A stretch of DNA of 64,000 nucleotides from Octopus vulgaris (GCA_951406725.2 OX597819.1:18352001-18416000); one strand, 5' to 3'. Positions 40,474-53,334 are shown, numbered from the stretch's first letter. Notes: generated by a model not told the origin, from the sequence alone. Made by a program: numbers and translations.

Positions 40474-41298
40474 GTAGACTCACAGTTATAAACATATAGA
40501 TACATACACCCAAACATAAACACTAACTTCTTTCATCTTTCCTGTTTTGCGCTTCCTATATCACATTTCGATTCTTTTCTCTTGCATTTCCCCCTAAATT
40601 GCTGTCAACAATACAGCTGTCTCTCACACCCTCTCCTTCCTTCTCTTTACGTATACTTATACACACGAAAATCCTTATATATGCAATACATACATTATTC
40701 CCGCGCACACACACACATAAATATGTGCGTATATGTCTACACTTTTTCATATCTATGTTTCTTTTCATATATCTTTATGTGTTTTGCCTGACGAATGGTA
40801 CTGTTTACTTATATATGCCTATGTTATATACTTTCGACTTGTACAATATGCTAGGTTTTCTCATATTTCCTGTTTCACTCATATTACATTTATATTTAAC
40901 ACTTGTTGGAGAAATACATTTTTTTTTCAAAAAACAAAAAGTAATAATTATTTCATCGCATTTATCATTTACCATTCTTTATTCGATTCCTTTTTTTTCT
41001 TCTTTCCCCCTCATTCTTCATAAATCTTATCTCATCCCTCAGTCGTATTGTGGTTTTTTTTCAACCAAGTATCATGAAACTCTGCAGCATTTCTCTCCTT
41101 TTTTTCCCCACAATTTCACTTGACAATGAATATTTTTCTCATTTTTGTTTCCTTCTTACTTTCTAATATGTGAAGGTTTTTAAGTTTTACTTACAAACCG
41201 TGCAAGATTCCTTCGGTTTTTCAATTTGTTTTAGCACAGAGAAAAATAATTTCTTCTGCTTATTCTGCTATACACACACAAAACACACAAACACACAA

Positions 41299-41331
<33 letters not shown>

Positions 41332-41584
41332 CACATACATATTATTGTTCTTGGTCTTTTTCTGCTTCCTTTGTTTCTTTCTGTGAATTATTAGTTTTAG
41401 CAACATTCGCAGAAAAGAGTGGATTGCTGCTCCAGGGATACACGAGGTTGAGCACAAACAAAAAGATATACAGCCGAGAGAGGCAAAAACATTATATATA
41501 TATTTACATACACATACACACATGTACATACGCTCATATCAGAAGTACATATATATGTACATACACACACACACACACACACAC

Positions 41585-41673
<89 letters not shown>

Positions 41674-41702
41674 GCTAGCTAGCTAGCTACCTACCTACCT
41701 AC

Positions 41703-41754
<52 letters not shown>

Positions 41755-41756
41755 AT

Positions 41757-41793
<37 letters not shown>

Positions 41794-41794
41794 A

Positions 41795-41851
<57 letters not shown>

Positions 41852-41893
41852 GCTAGCTAGCTAGCTAGCTACCTACCTACCTACCTATCTATC

Positions 41894-41935
<42 letters not shown>

Positions 41936-41942
41936 CCTATCA

Positions 41943-41978
<36 letters not shown>
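41585..41978. repeat. (TATC)n array with a duplicated (TAGC)n(TACC)n block
   Basis: TAGC/TACC block at ~41672 and again at ~41850. Confidence 0.9.
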
Positions 41979-41982
<4 letters not shown>

Positions 41983-42510
41983 CTCTATATAATGACACAT
42001 ACCTATATATGTATGCGTGCTTGTGTGTTAAAGTCTCCTTCTGAATATGTTTTGGTAAGCACACGAGATGAATACTCCATATATGACAGAGTTTATTCAA
42101 TTACTATGAAACAAAGCTTTGTTTTATTTCTCGATTATTCTGGTCATAATTTGCTTTGAATGAGAAATTTTCGACGGCTATATTATTATTTGTAATTTTA
42201 ATAATTTTTTATTATTCTCACTTATCCTCGACAAAATCTTCTGCAAGCAGACATATATACAGTCGGCTTGGAGCAATCACAATGTTTCCTTTTCTCCAAG
42301 ACTGAGTAGGTATAAAACATGAAGAGGTCACGTTTCCTCATGTATCTGCATCTAGAACATTTCTCTTTGGTTTGGAATTATAGGCAAAAATTATTATGAA
42401 GACCAATGGTTGTCCATTCAACAAGTGCGCCATCTCCTTGTTCCAGTAGTTGTCTTTATATCCTTAGGCCAAGTGTCGGTGCATATAAACTTACAACATA
42501 GAAAACTAAA

Positions 42511-42881
42511 TCTCTCTATATATAAACGGCAGTTTGTCTGTGTGTGTTTCTGTGTGTCTGTTAGGTTGTACCCTCACCCTGACCACGACTTTCAACCGAT
42601 TCTGATGACACTTGACACACACATAGCCCAATGTCATAATTCAAAACTAAAATTTTGAAAATTTTGAAAGGTTCCCCCAGTTCTGAAAAAAAATCGATAA
42701 ATTCGACATGGGGTCGAGAATCAGAAACACAAACCACAGACTGTCTAGGGGACGCAACTCGACCTTTTTAACTAAAAAAAATTTACCATCATTTTTTTTC
42801 CATTTTTTGGCTATAACTCTCTAAAAATGCTTTATAGTTATTTCCCTTACAAATCCGAGCAACGCCGGGCGATACTGCTAG
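42511..42881 (+). mobile_element. Non-autonomous Helitron
   Basis: 5' TC(TCTATATATAAA), 3' hairpin CCGAGCAACGCCGGG then CTAG, inserted between A and T with no TSD. Confidence 0.85.
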
Positions 42882-42960
42882 TTAAATACTAAAAAGCACT
42901 TTGTCTGACGCTCTAACGATTCCATAATTTGAGCGGATTCAGTTGGCAGTTTATTTTCGT

Positions 42961-43605
42961 CACCACAGCAGAATGAAAGACAAAGTTGATATCGATAGAA
43001 TCTAAAATCAGAGTGTAATGTTGTAATAAATGCAATATGGCATTTTGTTCGACGCACTAACAAGCCTGCTAATCTATCAATATATAACCACATCGTTTTG
43101 CGCATGTTTTATAGTATATCTACGGCATGCTTTCACCGGTACTCCTCATTCGGAGTTCAAATCATCCGAGATCAGCTTTATTTTCCTTTCTTTCGGATCG
43201 ATTCTTCGATTGGTTCTTATTTTATCGATCCGAAAGAAAGAAAAAATAAAGCTGATCTCGGATGGTTTGAACGCCGAATGTGGAGTTCAGTGAAAGACAG
43301 AATACAGTAGATATGCTATAAAGCAGGCGCAAAACGATGTGATTCGACCACAGCAGGATGAAAGGCAAAGTTGACATCGATGGAATCTAAAATCAGAGTG
43401 TAGTGTTGTAATAAATGCAATAAGGCATTTTGTTCGACACCCTAACAAGCCTGCTAATCTATCACTATATAATCACATCGTTTCGCGTACGCTTTAAAGT
43501 ATATCTACGGTTATGCTGTCTTTCACTGGACTCCACATTCGGTGTTCAAACCATCCGAGATCAGCTTTATTTTCCTTTCTTTCGGATCGATAAAATAAGA
43601 ACCAA
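42961..43605. repeat. Direct-inverted-direct local triplication of degenerate SINE B pieces
   Basis: 42961-43202 is similar to 43346-43590; 43209-43343 is the reverse complement of 43469-43604. Confidence 0.85.
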
Positions 43606-43682
43606 GCGAGGATTACACTGATTACATCGTCTAAACAAACGCTGTTCTCTAAATTTCACTTTCTGCGCATGTGTTAGAAACC

Positions 43683-43855
43683 GAAGATGGCAGATTCGTT
43701 AGCACGCTGGATGAAAAGTTTGGCGGTATTCTGCCAGTCGCTGCATTCTGAGTTCAAATTTCGCAGAGGTCGACGTCGCATTTCATATTTTCGGGGTCGA
43801 CAAATTAAGTTACGTACTGGGGTCGATCTAATCAATCTAATCGATCTACCCCCAA
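43683..43855 (+). mobile_element. SINE type B
   Basis: TGGCAGATTCGTTAGCACGC..GAGTTCAAAT..TTTCGGGGTCGAC..TACTGGGGTCGATCTAATC. Confidence 0.8.
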
Positions 43856-43877
43856 TTATTATCATTATTATTATTAT

Positions 43878-44735
43878 TTCTCCTCACAGGTTTTGTTGGA
43901 GTTCCTGGGTACACTGCTATCCGTTCTTTTCAGCTATCTAATATTTTCCTCATTATTCTGGCCATGCCAAGGAATCAAACCTTTTATAACAGGGTACTCT
44001 ATCCCAATACCCTTTGTATTCCCCTTTATGCATTCTGATACTGTTCCCAAGGACCCAACAATAATTGGCACTGTCTTCGCCTTCATCATTTTCCATAGCC
44101 AGACTGTTCCGTATTTATGAGAATTGTATCTCTCTATCTTTTCGCCTTCCTAGATTATTCGTGGGTCAAAGTGGCATGCAACATCAACTACATAGCATAT
44201 GTGGTGCACCTTGTCACCCACCCCTAGGTCCGATCTGTTATGCTCTAGAACCTGTTGTTTTTGGACTGGGAAATCCCAGAGAATTTTGCCAGATTCCGAC
44301 ACCACCACTGTCTGCGGTTCATGCTCATAGCACGTCTTTCCTCTCTCCAGCCCCCGCTTTTCGCACAATTTCCAATGTAGCACATTTGCTACCTGACCAT
44401 GTCCCCACAACTTGTAGTAGTTTTGGGCAAGTCTAGGACATTCTTTCGTTATATGAGCAATGGTTTCATCCACTCTACTACAGATGCGGCACAGCAGAGA
44501 CATTGTTCATTCTTAAGTTTGGCCCTTCAGTTTGTGGGCAAAGCTTTGTTCTAAACTGCCAGTATAGGGCTCACGGTCCCTTTTTGTAGTATTCCTTTCA
44601 TCAGACAATCCCATCTATATTTTCCACCAACTTCGTTTTGGATGCATAAAATTGATTGTGTAGTCGCTTCTTGTGTAATTCTTATTCTTGTTCGTTTTGT
44701 ACTTCTACCTTTGTTTTTCCCTTTTTCTCTGATCT
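43878..44735 (-). mobile_element. 5'-truncated R4/Dong-like retrotransposon (CCHC, RLE and 3'UTR)
   Basis: CRICSRVDETIAHITKECP..HGQVANVLHWKLC..ILWDFPVQ..HNRSDL..VDVAC..VPIIVGSLGTV; 3' end abuts (TAA)n. Confidence 0.88.
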
Positions 44736-44778
44736 CAATACTCTTCTTCTTCTTCTTCGTCTTCTTCTTCTTCTTCTT

Positions 44779-44871
<93 letters not shown>

Positions 44872-44885
44872 ATTATTATTATTAT

Positions 44886-45045
44886 TGAGTGAGAGAGCAG
44901 TTCATGCCATCAAAGTGACACTGGGGTAAAATATACGAAGCCCAATATACCCATCATGGCTACCCGTCTGATAAAGGTACACCAGGCACATGCATCACAA
45001 CCATATGTGCGCGACATGGTGATCTCATATCAAGATAAACAGCAC
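44886..45045 (-). mobile_element. 5'-truncated ~540-bp (TAA)n element
   Basis: Reverse complement of the last 160 nt of 38361-38905, between two (TTA)n runs. Confidence 0.9.
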
Positions 45046-45052
45046 ATTATTA

Positions 45053-45143
<91 letters not shown>

Positions 45144-45166
45144 CATTAATAGTATTGTTAAGGTTT

Positions 45167-45305
45167 TGAGGCGGTGAGCTGGCAGGAGCTTTAGCACGCC
45201 GGGCGAAATGCTTTATAGCATTTTGTTTGTCGTTACGTTCGGAGTTCAAATTCGAGTTCGACTTTGCTTTTCATGCATTTGGGTTCGATGAAATGAGTTC
45301 CAGTT
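45167..45305 (+). mobile_element. SINE type B, 3'-truncated
   Basis: GGCGGTGAGCTGGCAGGAGCTTTAGCACGCCGGGCGAAATGC..GGAGTTCAAATTC. Confidence 0.75.
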
Positions 45306-45392
45306 TGATGCATCATCACCACCACCACCACTATCATCATCATCATCATCACCACCAGGTCCTCCACCATCATCATCATCATTATCATTATC

Positions 45393-45900
45393 ACTTGATA
45401 TACATTGTTTGCGGTAAAGTTTCCCAAGAAAATTCCTCGCATCAATTCCGTATCTCTCGGATGATCTGCTTAAAAAAATGATTCCAGAACCTGTTCTGGT
45501 GATTAATGCTCCAATATTCCATCACATTCTAAATAATGGTGGGCATATTCTTGAAATGCCTACACATTTCGTTGAATATCTCGGTCATCGGATGGAAAGT
45601 GTGCGGAAGCTGTTCGGTGAACTGTACGTCTTCGTGCGCGGTAGAATTATCCAAAACTGTTTTAACATTGCCACGTAGTCTTTAAATATTTTAGGATTCG
45701 CGACTACATTTCTGGTATTCTTTCACTACACTCGAAGATGGCGGAAAATTGTTCTTCGTTTGTTGACAAACATATAAACACAAAAAAGATGTGTGTTCTC
45801 GATTCCCTGTTATGAAGAAAGCGGAATAACATTCATAAACGTCGTCTTGCGCCGAATGGAGATACATGTCAAATATTTATTTGAAGACACCGAGTCTTCG
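45393..45900. mobile_element. Possible old Tc1/mariner transposase debris
   Basis: Plus strand ends ..HHILNNGGHILE (GGHFE-like C-terminus); adjoining minus segment has DYVAMLKQF; heavily decayed. Confidence 0.35.
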
Positions 45901-46169
45901 TTTCAAGAAATCTGACATTTATTTCCTGCCTTTGACGCTGTTATTTCTTGGTTGGATTATAGTTTCATTTCTTCCGTTGTTCTCACATTTGATGTGTTTC
46001 AGATTGGTTTACTGTCAATCACATGACTTCGGTCGTAAACGAAAATACGCTCTTCAATTAAAAGACAATAACACACAAACGGACATGCTGAACACAAAGA
46101 GAGATAGATTAATGTTGCTGAAGCTGATGTTAGTATATTGCTCTTCTGAGACATTTCTCATATGCAACA

Positions 46170-46190
46170 ACAATGACAACAGCAACATCA

Positions 46191-46221
<31 letters not shown>

Positions 46222-46278
46222 CAACATCAACACAACAATGCATCCTCGTCGTCGTCATCATCATCATCGTCGTCGTCG

Positions 46279-46321
<43 letters not shown>

Positions 46322-46373
46322 AATCATCATCATCATAATCATCATCATCATCATCATCATCATCATTATCGTC

Positions 46374-46407
<34 letters not shown>

Positions 46408-46724
46408 CCATCATCATCGTCATCATCATCATCATCATCATCATCATCACCATCATCATCATCACCATCATCATCATCGTCGTCGTCGTCGTCATCATCA
46501 TCATCATCATCATCATTTGATATACATTGTTTGGAGTAAAGTTTCAAAGAAAATCCTTCGCATCAATTCCGTATTTCTCGGATGATCTGCTTAAAAAATG
46601 ATTCCAGAGCATATTTTGATGATTAATGCTCCAATATTCCATCACATTTTAAATAAGGGTGGGCATATTCTTGAAACAGCAGCAGCAGCAACAACAACAT
46701 CATCAACACGACAATGCATCCTCG

Positions 46725-46783
<59 letters not shown>

Positions 46784-46805
46784 TCTGTCATCATCATCAT
46801 CATGT
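46170..46805. repeat. (CAG/CAA)n and (CAT)n arrays with a duplicated 160-bp block
   Basis: 46516-46676 copies 45395-45557; 46676-46725 copies 46195-46250. Confidence 0.85.
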
Positions 46806-46814
46806 ATGAGCAAC

Positions 46815-47200
46815 GACGGTGAGCTGGCCGAATGGCTAAGAGCGTTGGACAAGATGCTGCGCGGTGTTTGTTCCGGTTCGTTACGTTTCGATTTCAAGTC
46901 TTCCCCATCCCACCTTTTACCTATCGTCCCTCCACAGTCGATCAGATAAAGAACTAGACTAGTAATGGAGTTGATTTAATAGCATGCTCCTCTCTCTCAT
47001 CAACAGTGTTCGCCTTCTATCTAAATCCAATAACATGACCTTCAAGACAATGAGATGACAGAATGGTTTCAAAGAGTGGGAAAATAATTCTTTAAGGCAT
47101 TTGTTTCGGCTCTTTAATTTCTGTGTTCAAATCCTGCTGATATTAACTTTCTCTTTCAACCATTCGAGGTCGATAAAACAAAGTACTATTCAAGTACTGG
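46815..47200 (+). mobile_element. Two degenerate SINE type B copies
   Basis: GGTGAGCTGGCCGAATGG at 46819; GTTCAAATCC..TTCGAGGTCGATAAAACAAAGTAC at 47125-47186. Confidence 0.6.
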
Positions 47201-47345
47201 ATTCAAAGGAAACGGCCTAAACTCTGAAAACTGCCAGAATGGGAAACCGTTAGAATCACCACCATCATTAATATCATCATCGTCATCATCATCATCATTA
47301 TCATCATCATCCTCATCATTATCATCATTATCCTCATCATCCTCG

Positions 47346-47427
<82 letters not shown>

Positions 47428-48103
47428 CGTCGTCGTCATCATCATCATCATCATCATCCTTACCATTGTCGTTGTCGTAGTAGTCGACTTTACCTGCGCT
47501 TTGATCAACATCATCATAACCATCACGATGATGAGTGACATCACCAGCACTATCATCACTACTACACCACCAATACCATCACCAGGACCATCATCTCCAC
47601 CATCACCTCCACCAACGCCACCTCAACCATCACCTCCACAACCATCATTACCGGTGATGATTTAAGAGCAGATACCACCATCAACCAAATGCCTTCACCT
47701 ATCCTACACTGCACGAACACACCACTTAACACACACATACACACACACTTTTAGACACGCAGGCGGAAACCAAAAACTCACACATTTACAAAGACACATG
47801 CACCACATGTACATTGTTCTCATGGAAGACACATGAAGTGATGCTAGACAAGTTATAGTCAGCAGAGTATTCTTTTCCGAAAGACACTCAGCCACCTTAA
47901 GTCTGAAAAGCCATGGCGAGAATAACTCTGAATCGCGAATAAGCCTGAATGGTAAATGCAAACATCACTGATAGTATGGTTTCGATCACAGCTTAGTTTG
48001 ATGTGTACCATGGTGGAGGGGTGAAACATGCGTAGCAGAAGACATCTCTCTATCTTGCAACTCTCAGTAAGTTTCGAAATTCACTGAGCGTGGTATATAT
48101 ATA

Positions 48104-48596
48104 TCTATATATATAAAACTCTAGTTGTGTGAGTGTCTGTCCCCTTCGATTTAGATTCCTAACTCCTCCCACATTTTGCGATGCAGTTTAACCAAATTCG
48201 GGTATCTTATAGTCGTGATTCATATCGAGCCCGTCTGACTATTAGCGCGCGTCAACGATGAGTCTACGATTTTAAAAATAATTTAACATCATTTTTTATT
48301 CCATTTTAATGCATAAAATGCATCGTGTGTCGATGGCGGCGGAGTTGGCGTCTACGCTCACAGCTGCACCTGTTTGCTTCTCCCCCTTCCCTCCCTCGTG
48401 AAGCTGTGGGGAAGGGAGTGTAAAGAAATCAACGTCGTAATCCGTTGTGAAGGAGACCAGCGTTCTTTTAGAACAACGACTTCATGGCTTGAAGACACCA
48501 AAACAAAAATGACTAAGAAAGCCCGAATTGGCATCTAAAAATGCTTATATAGTTATTTCCCTTACAAACCCGAGCAACGCCGGGCGATACTGCTAG
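48104..48596 (+). mobile_element. Non-autonomous Helitron, copy 1
   Basis: A|TCTATATATATAAAAC start; CCCGAGCAACGCCGGGCGATACTGCTAG end. Confidence 0.88.
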
Positions 48597-49106
48597 TATA
48601 TATATAAAACTGTAGTTGTCTGAGTGTCTGTCCCCTTCGATTTAGATTCCTAACTACTCCCACATTTTGCGGTGCAGTTTAACCAAATTCGGGTATCTTA
48701 TAGTCGTGATGCATATCGAGCCCGTCTGAGTATTAGCGCGCGTCTACGATGAGTCTACGATTTTAAAAATAATTAAACATCATTTTTTATTCCATTTTAA
48801 TGCATAATTTTTCGTGTGTCGATGGCGGCGGAGTTGGCGTCCATGGTCACACCTGCACCTGTTGGCTTCTCCCCCTTCTTCCCTCCCTCGTGAAGCTGGG
48901 GGGAAGGGAGTGTAAGGAAATCAACGTCGTAAAGCGTTGTCAAGGAGACCAGCATTCTTTTAGAACAACGACTTCATGGCTTGAAGACACCAAAACAGAA
49001 ATGGCTAAGAAAGCCCGAATTGGCATCTATAAGGGAAGTAACTCTCTAAAAATGCTTATATAGTTATTTCTCTTAGAAACCCGAGCAACGCCGGGCGATA
49101 CTGCTA

Positions 49107-49107
<1 letters not shown>
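48597..49107 (+). mobile_element. Non-autonomous Helitron, copy 2 (head-to-tail)
   Basis: Collinear with copy 1, same hairpin and CTAG end, lacks the initial TC. Confidence 0.88.
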
Positions 49108-49173
<66 letters not shown>

Positions 49174-49179
<6 letters not shown>

Positions 49180-49341
49180 TAATCCAAACATGAAAACACA
49201 AAGAGAAAACAGAACAACGCGAGGACGTGGAACAAGTATAGTATTATTGGACGCTCAGGAACCAAGGAGGGTTTAACGTTTCGAGCGGAGCTCTTCGTCA
49301 GAAACATAGGAAAAGGAAAGATCCAAAGAAGGGAAGACGGA
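49174..49341 (-). mobile_element. Penelope-like terminal repeat fragment adjoining (TA)n
   Basis: Paralog of 13038-13140; carries an intact hammerhead motif. Confidence 0.65.
49271..49305 (-). ncRNA. Minimal type I hammerhead ribozyme motif, intact
   Basis: GTTT-CTGACGA-A-GAGC-TCC-GCTC-GAAACGT-T-AAAC: stem I GTTT/AAAC, core CUGANGA and GAAA, stem II GAGC/GCTC, palindromic AACGTT stem III. Confidence 0.8.
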
Positions 49342-49448
49342 TGAAGAGAAAAGTTACAAAAAGAAAATAGAAACTACACGTGAAAATGTAAGGGGAATGT
49401 AAGAAAGAAAAATGAGCGAAAATTCACATTGGAAATCAAAATATGGTA

Positions 49449-50717
49449 CAAGGGGCGTTCAATAAGTAATGCCCCTGACCCACTTCCCATAGCAGTAGAG
49501 CAACGACACTTGGCACAGTTATTAGTCTTTTTTTACATAGGAATTACCCAGAGTTATGCATTTCTCCCATCGTTTGATACTGCTCTGGAGACCGTTTTTG
49601 TAGAAGACCCCAGCTTGGTCCTGCAACCACGACGTGACTTCAGAAATCAAGGCTGCATCATCTGGGAAACGCTTTCCTTTCAAAATCAACTTCATGGCTG
49701 GGAAGAGGTGAAAATCAGAGGGTGCAAGGAGAGGAGTTCATAGCTGCACGCCTGTACTTCTGATCTGGCGACACGCGAGTTGTGGACCGGAGCGTTGTCC
49801 TGCAGGAGGAGGATGCCTTTGCTGATCTTGCCCCGCCTCTTGATTTTGATAGCTTCTCTTAATTTCCTCAAAAGTGAAGCATAATAGGCTCCTGTAATTG
49901 TAGTACCCTTTGCCAGGAAATCTGTCATCACTACTCCGTCCTGGTCCCAGAAGACTGTGAGCATAACCTTGTCAGCGGAGGGCTGCACGCTTGCCTCCTT
50001 TGGAGGAGGTGAGTCACGGTGCTTTCACTGCATTGACTGGGCTTTGGTCTATGGATCATAGTGATGGATCCAGGTTTTATCCTGTGTGATCAGTCTTTTG
50101 AAAAATTTTGACTCATCTTCTTGGCACATCTCCAAATTCGTCCTCGAGCAATCGACGCCTTCTTGCTTCTGGAAAGGTGTGAGCAACCTGGAAATCCATC
50201 TGGCAGACACCTTTTGCATATGCAAATGGTCATGAATGATAGTTTCCACAGACCCGGTTCTAATCTTGACCTTATGGGCTATTTGGCGAATAGTTATGCG
50301 TTGACCTTCCAAATTGGCAGCCTCAACTTGACGGACAGACGTCTCATCAACGGTAGAAGGGGCGACCAGATCTGGGAGCTGTTTCCGCAGAGTTCCGACC
50401 ATGTTTGAATTCACAATGCCAGCGTTTTACAAGGTCATATGATGGGACATCATCACCATAAGTTACTTTCATTTCATCAAAAGTCTCCCGTGGTGTGCGT
50501 CCTTTCAAATACAAAAACCAGATCACTGCTCGACACTCAACAGGCTCCATTTCACACTTGACTCAGTTCAAAGACCTGTAAATCAGAAACCACAATTAGT
50601 TCAGAGCTGTAATTCGCCACTTAATCTATAGAGGTATGAATAAGTGAACATGCAAAATGTCAGCTAGATCAAACAACTGCAAGTGGGTCAGGGGCATTAC
50701 TTATTGAATGCCCCTCG
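49449..50717 (-). mobile_element. Near full-length mariner transposon (1269 bp) with disrupted transposase
   Basis: 37-bp TIRs (35/37) CAAGGGGCGTTCAATAAGTAATGCCCCTGACCCACTT, TA flanks at 49447-49448 and 50718-50719. Confidence 0.95.
49520..50550 (-). pseudogene. Mariner transposase pseudogene
   Basis: MEPVECRAVIWFL..RSGRP, KVSARWISRLL (WVPxxL), ITQDKTWIHHYDP, QDNAPVH, LAPSDFHLF; frameshifts, a stop, and deletion of the PYSPD motif. Confidence 0.9.
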
Positions 50718-50989
50718 TAAAGGCTTTTTATGAAAAGTAACGATAGATATGTTCAATTAGAAATAAAAGTCATTATTGTGAATTGTTATATATATATATA
50801 TATATATATTCTCCCTCTTTTTTTCCACATATATAAATGGTAGCTGTCCCCTCATTATCTGTTATGGCCATTGCACGAGTCCTGACTGTTAACCGTACTG
50901 TGATCGAATGTGACTTTTTAGCCCAGCTAAAGATCTACAATGTCTTGTACAGAATTGGCAGCTGAAGCCTTTACAAGCAATAGCAAACA

Positions 50990-51200
50990 GTAGTTGTCAT
51001 TGGGCTTCACGTACCTTTGCATGTCGTTTAAGTCCTCCCGCAATACACTCCTTTCCAAATGGCTGAAAGATATGATTATTATGACGTGTAGCACCAGCAC
51101 CACCAACGGCTTGATAGTCAATCATCTGTCTCGCTTTATGACTACGAAGATGACTCCTGAGTCTAGCTTTGCTGAAGCACAACCACTGCATATCAGCGTC
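50990..51200 (-). mobile_element. Possible RTE-type LINE C-terminus with two decayed C2H2-like motifs
   Basis: CFSKARLRSHLRSH and FGKECIAGGLKRHAKV. Confidence 0.4.
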
Positions 51201-51212
51201 ACATACATACAT

Positions 51213-51451
51213 ACCGCTGCCTAAATAATAATCTTGAGAAATTAGGCTTCTGAATACCAGAAAGGAGAAAGCTACAGGCCCAATCCATCACTGGAATTGT
51301 AAAAATCTGTAAAACTATCCAGAGGTATATCATTTGAATATATATGAGTATGTCTTGATATGTAACTATATGCATAAAATACATATAAAAGGCTAAACAT
51401 GCAAATCTGCACACATACATACATACATACATACATACATACATACATACA

Positions 51452-51485
<34 letters not shown>

Positions 51486-51595
51486 CTTACAAATAAAAAT
51501 ATCCCGTTGTTTATGTTGAAATTCCAGTGAAGAAACCTTGAATCTTGCTTAGAAATCGGCTCTTTCTCCATTGGCAAGAAGTTGAACAATAACCT
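51213..51595 (+). mobile_element. 3' end of the (TACA)n-associated RLE-like family
   Basis: Collinear with 25915-26400, similar 5' truncation point, preceded by ACATACATACATAC. Confidence 0.75.
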
Positions 51596-51667
51596 AAGTA
51601 ACTTGCATCTATCAATATATACATAGATACAGCCACATATACATACATGTATACATACATACATACA

Positions 51668-51701
<34 letters not shown>

Positions 51702-52431
51702 CATATATACATACATACATAATACATACATGCACACACATGCATAAATGTATGTGTGTGCGAATGTGTGTGTGTGTATTATGTTCATAGGGTTTGAATC
51801 CAAGCTGTGTCCACTTGAAAGCACATCTGTTTCTTCCAGTATTCCAAATCCGAATCGAGGTATATTAATCAAGTATTTATAATAGTTGAAAATTCTGGGA
51901 AATACATGTTGCAGAGTAAATATATATCAAAACAAGATATTGGAAACGGTTTTTTTTTTTTATATTAATTATTCACCATTACACATATGTCATTTGGTAG
52001 TAGCAGTTTGGCATTTCGGTATGTACGGGAAACGTAAGGTACCTCCTAACAGACATTCTTCCAACAAACTATCACATAATATGTATGTATGGATATGTGT
52101 GTATGCATGTATATATGTATGTATGTATATGCATGTATATATGTATGTATGTATGTATGTATGCATGTATGTATGTATGTATGTATGTATGTATATATGT
52201 AGGTATGTATGTATATATATGTATGTAATAAAGATGAAACGATTAGTTATTTTAGGTAGAATTACACGTATTTCAGTAGCGAAACATTTATTATTATCAA
52301 CACTTTCTTGCGTCAAGCAACTTGACATGTAATAACATGCGAAATTATATCAGATAATCCAATAACGTTTTAGGTAATACTCCGTCAGAAGTTTATTAGG
52401 CAATATGCACCGGTAGGATTATGGCGGTATA

Positions 52432-52439
52432 TATATCTG

Positions 52440-52521
<82 letters not shown>

Positions 52522-52522
52522 C

Positions 52523-52585
<63 letters not shown>

Positions 52586-52678
52586 CATCTATCTATCTAT
52601 GAATATATCTATCTATCTATCTATGATATCTATCTATCTATCTATCTATCTGTATAAATCTCTCTGTCTATCTATCTA

Positions 52679-52719
<41 letters not shown>

Positions 52720-52720
52720 G
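52432..52720. repeat. (TATC)n/(TA)n microsatellite
   Basis: Direct reading. Confidence 0.95.
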
Positions 52721-52758
52721 TATCTCCATCTCTTGCCTTCTCTCCTCCCTCTCCTCCT

Positions 52759-52791
<33 letters not shown>

Positions 52792-53285
52792 CAACTTGAG
52801 GGTAGTATGTATATGTCTGATGTATATAATCTAAAGTTCGTTTATCCCTTACTACTGTTTAGTACTGCTACTACTGTGGGTGTGTGTGTGTGCATATATA
52901 CACTTATAGAAACACATAAACATATGATACAGACAGGTAAACAAACGATCTAACAATTAGACAAACATGCTGATAGAAACATGAAGCGACAAACACAGAA
53001 AGATACCGACATACGTATATATACATATCGTAAACCTTCCCGTTATATATATATATATCACGTTAACGACCAGACCATTAGATGTTGCTACACATCGCTG
53101 GTCACAATGCGCTTTGCATTGTTTTATATGTGTGTGTGTGTGTGTGCATGTGTGTGTGTGTATATACATGTATATAGATGAGTGTGTATATATGTATATA
53201 TATATATACATACATATATATGTATATAAATATGTGTATGTATATACATATACATGTATATATGTGTGTGTGTGTATACAAATAG

Positions 53286-53334
<49 letters not shown>

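Noticed and set aside
45866-46585. 239-aa histidine-rich ORF and overlapping poly-Asp/Met/Ile ORFs
   Set aside because: Translations of (CAT)n and (CAG)n tracts, open in several frames on both strands
50997-51212. Host C2H2 zinc-finger gene
   Set aside because: The cysteine pairs are missing and there are no TGEKP linkers; better explained as a decayed LINE C-terminus
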